Source: Trueperaceae bacterium (lineage in GTDB: Bacteria; Deinococcota; Deinococci; Deinococcales; Trueperaceae). Taken from it: a DNA stretch of 23,955 bases. The stretch is taken from contig DASSXV010000014.1 of NCBI GenBank assembly GCA_035703635.1, forward strand, positions 1 to 23,955. The letters are read 5' to 3'. The notes under the pieces are model-generated. The model was not told the DNA's origin, did no database searches, and saw nothing but the letters and a program-made list of their open reading frames with translations. The position numbers were made by a program, and so were the translations under genes. Shown here in pieces: positions 8,727 through 16,584 of the stretch (the stretch's first letter is position 1; every line of letters starts with the position of its first letter).

Positions 8727-8776
8727 AGAGAAACACCAGGTGTTTCTCTGCTTCGCCGTGAAACACAGCGAAGCAG
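8727..8776 (-). terminator. Two abutting inverted repeats downstream of tniQ (terminator or protein-binding site)
   Basis: AGAGAAACACC-A-GGTGTTTCTCT (8727-8749) and, on the minus strand, CTGCTTCGCTGTG-TTT-CACGGCGAAGCAG (8776-8748, one G-U pair). Confidence 0.5.
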
Positions 8777-8824
8777 CGATCGGCGTGGCCTTGCGACCGT
8801 CGTCATCCAGACATCATCCACGAC

Positions 8825-11368
8825 CTAAGGGTGGAGAAGGGATTCGCCGTACTCCAGGAGCGTGCCTTTCATGATCGGGGCCTGCTCGCGAACGAACTTC
8901 TGATGGATGCCGTAGTCCTGGTGAGTGTTTCGCACCAGCGCCTTGAACGCTGGTGAGTCACGTACGTCCTGTTGCATAAGTTCTGCCCAGATCCAGGCGG
9001 CCGCGTGTGCGCTACGTACGTTCCTTCGGCCGACATGCACGCCGGCGCACTTGCAGATGTCCCGCCACTCGGCTTCCGGAATGTTCGTGAAGCCGGCAAG
9101 GCGAGCACCGCGCTCCCTAAAGTCCACTCTCGCTTCGTTGCGCCCCAATGCCGCAGCAGAGGCTGTGAGGCGCTCCTCGAAGGCGGCCGCATGCTCACCG
9201 GCCCGTATCCGTTGTAATGCCGCCGAAACGCCGCCTCTGATGTTTCGTTCGTCGATGCCGATCAGCGCGCCGATCTGAGCCCTCGGCATGCTCAGAACTA
9301 GTTCGAGTAGCGCCACGGAGACCGCGGCGCGTCCGGTGGGCGCAGAGACGCCAAGCGCCTGGAAGAACCGTTCGAAGTGCGCGTCGTACTGGTCCCGCCA
9401 GAAGAGTTGAGGCACGTGTACTGGCCCGAACCCGTACCCTCCTTCCATGCCGTGGCGCTCCAGGATCTCCGGGCTGGCCCAGTACACGAACCCGTCCAGT
9501 TCACCGCCGTCGGCGAGGTACTGCACGTAAAGCGCCATCATGGCCGCGAACTCTGCCGTGGCGGAGTTCGCGAAGCGGAGGTAAGTCTCGCGCGAGGCCC
9601 CTTCGTTCCCTGTACGGAAGCGCAACGCAGGAGCGCCGCGCCAATCGCTGCCCGTCAACTGCTCCCACGCCATCGTTGCGGCGAACTCGTCTCGACCGCC
9701 CGCTAGACCGGGGTTCATGGTCGCCCGCTTGGCGATGAAGGCCCAGTCCACCGGCGGGACGCACGTGAAGGTGGCGAAGCGCGTCCGGCGCTGGGCATAG
9801 TCCACTAGCCGCTCGCTCGTCGACAGCGCTTCAGCCACGGCGTGCAGTTCAGCGAACGCCTCAAGGGCCGCGCCCCGTTCTCGTAACAGGAAGATGGCCT
9901 TATCGACACCGCCGCGAACGGCGCTTCTTTCTACTCCGAGCGCTTTGAGCGCTTCCGCGCGCGAACCGCCGACCACTAGCTCCGCGAGAAGGGCTGACAG
10001 GGTTAGCCGTACGGTCTCCTCCCTGAGGGCCAGGCCATCGAAGAACTTCCGGAACCGGGAGGCGTACTCGCCGCGCCAGAAGAGCTGGGGGATGTGGCGC
10101 GGTTCGAACGCGTAGCTGCCCTTGGAGGCCGTCTGGGCGGGACGGCGTGGATCGAACAGGTACTCGCGCTTCGTGTCGAACGTGAGCGAATACAGTTGCA
10201 TGAAGAACGGCGGCAATCCCAGCCGGGTGATGAAGCTCGAGGTCCCGCCGCCACGTGCGCTACCCATCTCGAGCAAGGGCGCCATTCTGTGAGCGGCCTC
10301 CATGACCGATCCAGCATCGAGGTACGCGGTGGCTGCGCTCAGCAGCCCGCCCATCAAGGCGGGGTCGGCTGGTGCGAAGGCAGTCATCTTCTGCGGCGCG
10401 ATGCGTCGCTTCTCGCCGGCCTGGGCGGCGACCTCCTTGCTTCGCTGCAGCCTAGCGAGAGTCGCATCCCGCGTGTCGAACCAGCGCTCCAGGCTCTCTT
10501 TCACCTCGCGTGGCGCTGTCTCTCCGACCAGGCTCGACACATCCTTGGCCGATGCCGCGTACATGATCAACGCCACCGTTCCGCGCAGCACGCGGAAGAA
10601 CTCTGGCGCCGCCACCGTGGTACCCGCCAGCGTCGCCGAGCCCGCCTCCAAGACCTCGTCAATCCGAGCCTGCACCCGCGATAGCTCCGACCCGGGTTGT
10701 ACTGGTACGACGTCGACCGTCCTGAGGTCGTGCCTACACTGGCCCGCTCTTACGCCGCGCTTGCCGCTCGAGGGGCCCGTGTTCGTGCACAATCCAGGCT
10801 TGGGAACTTGGCTTCCGAACATGGGCCGCAGTTGACCGTCGCGCCGCCAGGCGGCGAAGCGCAGCTCGCATTGCGGGCACTCTGCCGCCAGGAGGTTCGA
10901 GTGCTTCACGCACATGAACGACCACGGCAGCTTCCACGCCACCCGCCACGCGCCGCCGTCCTCCTCCATGCAAGCAGGACAGAGGTGCGAGCCGGAGGCG
11001 TACACCCACTCGCTAAGCCCGAGGGCCCCGAGTTGCGTCACCTCGCCCCGGTAGAGCGCGCTGAAGTCGAGGCAGACATCGTGGTACCGCTCCAACAGCA
11101 GCGCCCTCGCTTGGGCGGTGGTGAGATGCGTGGCGCGCGCGAAGGCCGCCAGGGCTTCGGGAGCGAGGTACGCCCCGTAGCCGGATGGCACGTCGCTCAT
11201 CCGCTCGGTGCTCGTGATGCCGACGCGCTGGAGGAGGGTGATGAGTGGAACGTCGAGGTGGTGAGCCAAGCGGTCGATATAACTGGCGAACCATTCCCCC
11301 GCCACTGGCCTAAGGGAACGCGGTAACGGCATGGGGTGCCGCGAAGGCGCGGGTGGCAGTGGGTTCAT
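8825..11368 (-). CDS. tniQ: TniQ/TnsD-family target-selector protein, 847 aa, with a duplicated C-terminal domain
   Basis: N-terminal LP...RP..GE...SYI.RLA; CPAC...WRVAW.LPW.F.C.KH..LL...CPQC zinc-finger pattern; follows tnsC. Confidence 0.9.
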   Translation of the reverse strand: MNPLPPAPSRHPMPLPRSLRPVAGEWFASYIDRLAHHLDVPLITLLQRVGITSTERMSDVPSGYGAYLAPEALAAFARATHLTTAQARALLLERYHDVCLDFSALYRGEVTQLGALGLSEWVYASGSHLCPACMEEDGGAWRVAWKLPWSFMCVKHSNLLAAECPQCELRFAAWRRDGQLRPMFGSQVPKPGLCTNTGPSSGKRGVRAGQCRHDLRTVDVVPVQPGSELSRVQARIDEVLEAGSATLAGTTVAAPEFFRVLRGTVALIMYAASAKDVSSLVGETAPREVKESLERWFDTRDATLARLQRSKEVAAQAGEKRRIAPQKMTAFAPADPALMGGLLSAATAYLDAGSVMEAAHRMAPLLEMGSARGGGTSSFITRLGLPPFFMQLYSLTFDTKREYLFDPRRPAQTASKGSYAFEPRHIPQLFWRGEYASRFRKFFDGLALREETVRLTLSALLAELVVGGSRAEALKALGVERSAVRGGVDKAIFLLRERGAALEAFAELHAVAEALSTSERLVDYAQRRTRFATFTCVPPVDWAFIAKRATMNPGLAGGRDEFAATMAWEQLTGSDWRGAPALRFRTGNEGASRETYLRFANSATAEFAAMMALYVQYLADGGELDGFVYWASPEILERHGMEGGYGFGPVHVPQLFWRDQYDAHFERFFQALGVSAPTGRAAVSVALLELVLSMPRAQIGALIGIDERNIRGGVSAALQRIRAGEHAAAFEERLTASAAALGRNEARVDFRERGARLAGFTNIPEAEWRDICKCAGVHVGRRNVRSAHAAAWIWAELMQQDVRDSPAFKALVRNTHQDYGIHQKFVREQAPIMKGTLLEYGESLLHP
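8837..10114 (-). repeat. Protein-level tandem duplication within TniQ (aa 419-618 vs 645-844)
   Basis: Ungapped alignment at an offset of 226 aa; 64/200 identities counted by hand. Copy 1 at nt 9515-10114, copy 2 at nt 8837-9436. Confidence 0.92.
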
Positions 11369-12537
11369 GAGGCATTGAGGAGGCGCGCGACCGCTTCCGG
11401 GGAGTCCTTGATGGCCGCGAGGGCCGCCTTCTTCTCGGCGTAGTAGCGTTCGGCGCCCTCCGCGAGCCGGATGTTTTCAAGGCCAGCCCGGGACAGGGTC
11501 TCACTGCCGTCCCGGATCGCCGCGTTGGCGGCGGCGCGCACCAGCCGGATCAGGCTGCCGATGCCGCCTTCGGTACGGAGGTAGAGGTAGCGCTCCTGCT
11601 GCACCAGCCAGCCGGGCCTGTTCTCGATCAGGCACAGGTGCTCTTCGACGCTCGCGAGGAACTCCAGCCACGCCGACTTGCCCGCCAGATGGACGTCGTA
11701 CGGGAACGGGTCGACCTTGTGCAGAGCGAAGCGGTACTGGGTCTGGGTGAAGCGGCCCTTCCCCCCGGTGCGGCTGTCCATCAGCAGCACCGAGTCCTCG
11801 CAGTTGATGCCGGCGTAAACGAACGTCGCGGGGATCAGGTTCGCGAGTTCCTTGATGAGGTCGTTGACGCTGTCGGCGCTCTTGTTGCCGCGGTGCAGGT
11901 TGTGGATGTCATCGAGGATGAACAGGCTGGTGCCGCACTGCACGGCGATGTCGTGTAGCCGGCTCTTCAGCTTCGCTTCGGAGTCGCGCTCCGCGAAGGG
12001 ATTGCCGTAGAACTTGTTCAATGCCTGCAGCAGCTTCTTGGGCGTGGTGCTCGAGGGAACGCTGCTGTAGACCACCGGGATGAACTCGACGTGGGTTCCG
12101 TGCAGGCCCTTGCCCTCGTAGGCGCGCTGCGCCAGCCCCTCGTAGATGCGGCCCATGTGCAGCACGATGGTGGTCTTGCCGAGCGTGGCTTGCCCGTCCA
12201 CGATCGCGCCCTGACGGGCCCCGGGAGCGGTGCGGAGGTTGTCCCACGCGAGGCGGATCACCTGGTCGTGAACCTTCTTCATGGTGCGGGAGGTGAGCGG
12301 CCCGAAGGTGTTGTGGTACATCTTCCGCGCCAGGTCGAACGAGGCCTTCTCCGCGTCGCTCATCGCCTGGTACTGCGCCATGGAAGGCAAGAGCGGCTTC
12401 TTCGGATCGGGCCTGGCAACGAACTCGCGCCACGCCACGTAGTTCTCGGGGTTCTCCCGCGCGAACGGAACGTCCTCGGCCAACAGGTCGGAGAAGTTGG
12501 CAAGCATGTTGTCCACCACGTCGGCTATGGTCATCAA
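11365..12537 (-). CDS. tnsC: TnsC/TniB-family AAA+ ATPase (transposition regulator)
   Basis: Walker A GQATLGKT, Walker B LFILDDIH, TFVYAGI, and RT.G.IGSL..LVR.AA..AI..G.E tail. Confidence 0.9.
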   Translation of the reverse strand: MMTIADVVDNMLANFSDLLAEDVPFARENPENYVAWREFVARPDPKKPLLPSMAQYQAMSDAEKASFDLARKMYHNTFGPLTSRTMKKVHDQVIRLAWDNLRTAPGARQGAIVDGQATLGKTTIVLHMGRIYEGLAQRAYEGKGLHGTHVEFIPVVYSSVPSSTTPKKLLQALNKFYGNPFAERDSEAKLKSRLHDIAVQCGTSLFILDDIHNLHRGNKSADSVNDLIKELANLIPATFVYAGINCEDSVLLMDSRTGGKGRFTQTQYRFALHKVDPFPYDVHLAGKSAWLEFLASVEEHLCLIENRPGWLVQQERYLYLRTEGGIGSLIRLVRAAANAAIRDGSETLSRAGLENIRLAEGAERYYAEKKAALAAIKDSPEAVARLLNAS

Positions 12538-12570
12538 CCTCCCAGTGCCGCTCTCAGGCGGCGCCCCCCG

Positions 12571-14781
12571 CTAGACGCTGAAGTCATCGGGGTCCAGCAC
12601 GGCGAGGCGCTTACGGGGCTCGCTCCCGGGCTCCTCAGGCTCAGGGTCGAGCTCGCCTGCGGCCGGGAAGCCCTGAACGGTCGCGCCTTCGGGCCCGAGT
12701 GAGCCCGCATTCTGCAGGGGCTCGTCGGGGCCGAAGAGGTCATCGAGGTCGGCTTCCGCGTCGGGCTCCATCACGCTGTCAACCTGCCGCTGGGGCGCGG
12801 CGCGCCGCCGCTCCTCATGCGCCTCGATGGTGCGCATGGCGTGCACGGCGGCAAGGCGGCGCTCCTTGCGACCCTCGACCTCCAGCGCCGCGATCCTATC
12901 CAGCAGGTCGTCGAGCGCCTGGTTCAGCTCCCTGCGGCGGTCCGCCGCCGTGGCGCCACCGCGCGCGATGACCAAGGACTTCGCGTAGCTGAGGGTGGCG
13001 TCGTTGAAGGGGCGATTGACGGGGGAAGCGCCATGCCGGGGGATGGCATGCCACTCGCCCAGCGTAGGATCGTGGAAGAACACCTCGGACAGGTCGCGGG
13101 GGTCGTAGCGGATCGGCCAAGCGCCGTCGCGGATGTTTGGGTAGGGCGAGGGCGCGTCGCGCCACTCGTCAAGGACCTCGCTGGTGTAACGCAGGCCGCG
13201 CAGGTCGATGCCGTAATGCTGGATCTTGCGCCACTCCGTCGGCAGCAGTTCGAAGTACAGGTTGGGATCTGGCAGCACGTACGTGAAGCCCGCCCGCATT
13301 AGCCCTTCCTCGTACATCCGATTGGGGCTCAGGTCCATCTTGGGAAGGTCGGGGATCTCGAGACCGTCGTGGGTGCGGTTCTGCCAGTAGGTGGCGACCC
13401 AGCCGGCGAACTCGGCTTCGATCTCGTCGATGAAGAAGAACGCTTCGCTTTCGACGTCCTTGCCGCGGGAGTACACGTCCGGGCCCTTGTAACCCTTGAG
13501 GTTCACCACGAAGTTATCGCGGATGGTGCGGAACAGCCGCTCCACCTGCGCCTTGTCCGTCGGGGTGTAGGGGCGGGCGAGCTGCAGGTCTATCCCAAGC
13601 CGCACGCACGCGTCCCGGAACGCCCGCGAGATGAACACGCGCCCCCGGTCCACCCACACGGCTTCCGGGTTGAGGAACGGAACCCCAGCCAGACCGCCTA
13701 GCGCTTGCCCGTCGAGGTTCTGATCCGCATCGCCCAATAGCTCGACCACGATGGCTTCCGGCAGGCCCACGTATGACCAGCGGGCGTTCTCTGGCCACCC
13801 GTTACGCATGAACTTGGGCCTCACCACGTCGTAGAGCAACAGCGCGGCGTCCACGCCCTTGGTGGAGACGGGCGTGAACCGCCACGCCACAAGCGAGTTG
13901 GTGTACAAGTCCATGGCGATGGTCAACTGCACCTGCACCCACTTGAAGGTCAACGGATCAAGAGCGAACGCGTCCAAGGAGGTCGAGTCGATCAGCACGA
14001 CTTCGCCCGGACGCACCACCTGGAAGTAGCGGTAGAGGTTGCTAGGGCGGTTGGCGATGCTGCGGCGCGCCTTGGCCGCCCCGAAGGTGCCGCGCCCGGC
14101 CGCCATCCGGTCGACAAGCTTGTTGAACGTCTTCTCGGACGGCAACTCGACGGCTTCGTCCGGGAAGAAGTCCTTGAGCTTCCGCCTCGTGCGCCGCCGC
14201 AACTGCGTCTTGGGGATGTTCGACTCGTCCGTCAACTCGTCCAGCACCGCCCCGAGAGCCAACTTGACGCGGTCGTCCACCCGCGCGAAGTCCTTCAGCG
14301 GACTCAGTTTGCGCTCGTCCACGAGGCCCACTAGGCCGCGCTCCTCGTACTTCTGCTTGTAGCGCCAGAGCGTGCTGAAACCGATCCCCAACTCGCGAGC
14401 CTTGGCGGTAGTCCGCTGCCGCACGGTAGTGAACTCAGGATCGTATTGCGGACTCGGCTCATGTTCGAGCGCCAGCACCCTGGAGCCGTGCTGGAACCCG
14501 GTTAGGGCCTCCATGAGGTGCCGCTCCAGCTCCTCGGCTGCCCGCAGCAGTTCCGGCGGCACCGTATCCAGGTAGACGGGGCTCGACTCCCCCTCCCCGG
14601 GCTCAACGTCCGACAGGACCTTGAAGTCGGGCGCCTCGGTGAGGACGCCCATTAGGATCCGCGCCCGCTTGCCGCGCGGGTCCTGCACCTCGACCTCGCC
14701 GGCGTAGAAGCCCGTGATGGTCCAGGATTTTCCATCCCACCAGATCCTGGCGCCGACCTCGAGCTTCGCTCGGTACCTCAT
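12571..14781 (-). CDS. tnsB: TnsB/TniA Mu-like DDE transposase
   Basis: N-terminal SH3-like strands, HTH (ARELGIGFSTLWRY), DDE triad in LIDST / VDRG / KAQVERLF, Mu C-terminal region (IRYDPRDLS), acidic tail. Confidence 0.92.
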   Translation of the reverse strand: MRYRAKLEVGARIWWDGKSWTITGFYAGEVEVQDPRGKRARILMGVLTEAPDFKVLSDVEPGEGESSPVYLDTVPPELLRAAEELERHLMEALTGFQHGSRVLALEHEPSPQYDPEFTTVRQRTTAKARELGIGFSTLWRYKQKYEERGLVGLVDERKLSPLKDFARVDDRVKLALGAVLDELTDESNIPKTQLRRRTRRKLKDFFPDEAVELPSEKTFNKLVDRMAAGRGTFGAAKARRSIANRPSNLYRYFQVVRPGEVVLIDSTSLDAFALDPLTFKWVQVQLTIAMDLYTNSLVAWRFTPVSTKGVDAALLLYDVVRPKFMRNGWPENARWSYVGLPEAIVVELLGDADQNLDGQALGGLAGVPFLNPEAVWVDRGRVFISRAFRDACVRLGIDLQLARPYTPTDKAQVERLFRTIRDNFVVNLKGYKGPDVYSRGKDVESEAFFFIDEIEAEFAGWVATYWQNRTHDGLEIPDLPKMDLSPNRMYEEGLMRAGFTYVLPDPNLYFELLPTEWRKIQHYGIDLRGLRYTSEVLDEWRDAPSPYPNIRDGAWPIRYDPRDLSEVFFHDPTLGEWHAIPRHGASPVNRPFNDATLSYAKSLVIARGGATAADRRRELNQALDDLLDRIAALEVEGRKERRLAAVHAMRTIEAHEERRRAAPQRQVDSVMEPDAEADLDDLFGPDEPLQNAGSLGPEGATVQGFPAAGELDPEPEEPGSEPRKRLAVLDPDDFSV

Positions 14782-15503
14782 GCCATCAACTCGCTCGTAG
14801 ACAGGTAGACCAGCGAACCTTCTTCAAGGATCGCCGTCATGTCGAACTTCAGGACCCGTTTCCAAAGGAGGTGGAATAACGCTGGGCGCGCCAGGAGCGG
14901 TTGCTCCATCTGGGCGAGCAGTTGGCGTACGGACACCGCTCCATCGGCACAGCCGCCGACCAACTCTCTCGCCGTCGCCTCGAACCGCGGTGGGCGGCGC
15001 CGGTACCCGGCCAGCCACTTCACGTTGGCGAGGTAAGTGTCATCGGGTTCGGTGCGCACCTCGAAACCCCACCCCAGGTGCTGGCACGCGACTTCCGTGC
15101 TCTCGAAAGCTCGCCGGTTCCGGCTCGCGCCTGCCTGCTCTGACCGCTTCACGTCCACCACCGTGACACCACCACCCTCTCGCCAAACCAGGAAGTCGGG
15201 CACGTGCCTAAACGTCTCCCCACTTCGCTCGAAATGAAGCATGAGAGGTTGGGCGAGTACGCCGATCACTCCGCCATCGAAATCGAAACCCATCAGGGTG
15301 AACATCTCGAGACGACTTGCGTAGGGCACGAGCTGGTTGAGGCCACTGAACCAGTAAAAGCCGGGAAGGTGGCCCTGCCCCTTGTAGGCGGGAATCTTGC
15401 GAATGGAGTGATACCCGATAAAGTCGCGGCCAGCAGCGTCGTTTATAGGGACCGTTTCGTGAAGCACGAGTCGGTTGTCAAGGAACGAAACTGAGATCTT
15501 CAT
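14778..15503 (-). CDS. tnsA: TnsA-like heteromeric transposase endonuclease subunit
   Basis: R..P.YKGQ.H.PG.YW, S.LE, DFD..V....AQP, HVPDF...VDVK (PD-D/ExK), NVKWLAGYR, LFHLLW C-terminal domain. Likely start is ATG at 15503. Confidence 0.88.
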   Translation of the reverse strand: MKISVSFLDNRLVLHETVPINDAAGRDFIGYHSIRKIPAYKGQGHLPGFYWFSGLNQLVPYASRLEMFTLMGFDFDGGVIGVLAQPLMLHFERSGETFRHVPDFLVWREGGGVTVVDVKRSEQAGASRNRRAFESTEVACQHLGWGFEVRTEPDDTYLANVKWLAGYRRRPPRFEATARELVGGCADGAVSVRQLLAQMEQPLLARPALFHLLWKRVLKFDMTAILEEGSLVYLSTSELMA

Positions 15504-15532
15504 GTGCGCCCCCAAGCCGCGTAATGTAAGGA

Positions 15533-15567
15533 TACCTTAGATTATAAGGTACCGGCGCAGGGCGCAA
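15533..15567 (-). promoter_or_regulatory. Putative tnsA promoter with a palindrome overlapping the -10 box
   Basis: Minus strand TTGCGC-N15-TATAAT (perfect -10 at 15546-15541). Palindrome TACCTTA-N5-TAAGGTA at 15533-15551. Confidence 0.55.
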
Positions 15568-15593
15568 CTCGGCTGGTAGAGCCGAACCAAGCC

Positions 15594-16025
15594 TTACCCA
15601 TGTCGGACGGCGAGGAAGCAGGCGTCGTCCCTGCCTGCTCGTTTGCGTTTGCCTTTGAGCCCGCCGTTACTGGGCACTCGCTTCAACGGTGAGAGAGCGA
15701 GGTGGCGTACGATCACCAGGTTCGCTTGCGCGTTCTCCTTCCGCGCACGGCTCCGGTCCTCACCGAACACGATGCTCAGCACGCAATGCAGGCCGTTGTC
15801 GATGCCCCGATGCCGCCGCACCGCGTACGCCACCTTCTCCGCATTAGTGTGGTTCGTGAGGAAGTAACGCTACTGCACGCTCACCTGCCCATCAGTAGTG
15901 CGCGTGCCGCGCACTTGGGCCACGCTGCGCAAGTCGCGCCAGGCGGCGCGCTCGCGGGCCTCCAGGCACTCCGGGTCGGTGCGCAACCAAGTTTCGCGCA
16001 GCTCGACTCGTCCGTGCCCTGCTGA
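15594..16025 (-). pseudogene. ISAs1-family transposase C-terminal remnant with an internal stop
   Basis: GHGRVELR...WRDLRSV..V...R...*RYFLTN...VRRHRGIDNGLHCVLSIVFGED.SR.R..NA..N is the ISAs1 HGR.E.R / R.HW.IEN.LHW.LDV.F.ED pattern, decayed. TAG at 15870-15872. Confidence 0.88.
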
Positions 16026-16109
16026 AGCCGGACAAGGCGATTTCCGCCCCCCAACACTCGTACCCCACTCCAATGTTTGCACCGCTAGTGTTTGTTCGGG
16101 AGGTAACCC

Positions 16110-16517
16110 ATGATGCAAGCAGCCGACATGTTTCGAACCCACCCGCGCCAATCCCAGGTCGAAATCTCCGTGCTGGCGAAGTGCGTCGACGAATGCTACG
16201 CCTGCGCTCAGACCTGCACCGCCTGCGCCGACGCCTGCCTAGGGGAAGCGAACGTGGCTGAGCTGGTGCGCTGCATCCGCCTCAACGAGGACTGCAAGGC
16301 GGCGTGCCTCGCAACGGGCGAGATGCTCTCGCGCGTGACGGAGGCCGACTGGAGCGTCCTGCGCGCGCAGGTGCGGGCGTGCCTCACGGCCTGCCAGGTG
16401 TGCGGCGCCGAGTGCGAGAAGCACGCCGGGCACATGGAGCACTTCCGCGTATGCGCCGAGGCCTGCCGCGCGTGCGAGCAGGCGTGCCAGGCCCTGCTGG
16501 ACGCCATCCCGGCCTGA
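16110..16517 (+). CDS. Cys-rich four-helix-bundle copper-binding protein (DUF326 / Csp-like)
   Basis: 17 Cys in CxxxC/CxxC spacing, CIRL..DC motif, C..EC.KH...H..CA.AC..C. RBS GGAGG; no signal peptide. Confidence 0.88.
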   Translation: MMQAADMFRTHPRQSQVEISVLAKCVDECYACAQTCTACADACLGEANVAELVRCIRLNEDCKAACLATGEMLSRVTEADWSVLRAQVRACLTACQVCGAECEKHAGHMEHFRVCAEACRACEQACQALLDAIPA

Positions 16518-16584
16518 GCCATGGACGCGAGGGTGTGCTGCGAGCCGTGCGCCCATAAGTCAATGCTGAAGATGCTTTGGCTCG

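Larger units (their letters stand above)
8825..15503 (-). mobile_element. Tn7-like transposition module tnsA-tnsB-tnsC-tniQ (element boundaries uncertain; may extend left to about 2566)
   Basis: Four co-oriented genes in canonical order. ATGA overlaps at tnsA/tnsB (14778-14781) and tnsC/tniQ (11365-11368). Catalytic motifs look intact. Confidence 0.9.

Noticed and set aside
2560-8805. TGACGACG (2560-2567) and CGTCGTCA (8798-8805) as terminal inverted repeats
   Set aside because: Only 8 bp. Flanks ACAAG and TCCAG are not a target duplication, and the right copy is about 130 bp from the nearest motif site.
15482-15498. GGAACGAAACTGAGATC as a reverse end-motif site
   Set aside because: Single copy, spacer one base short, and it lies in the first codons of tnsA.
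15517-15532. CCTTACATTACGCGG upstream of tnsA as a copy of the two-component box
   Set aside because: Shares only short words and lacks the 11-bp periodic arrangement.
16060-16076. GTACCCC as a CsoR-type operator upstream of the Csp-like gene
   Set aside because: Only a half-site; the matching GGGTA arm is absent.
8400-16100. CRISPR-associated transposon (CAST)
   Set aside because: No cas genes and no repeat-spacer array. The repeats are short, degenerate and irregularly spaced.
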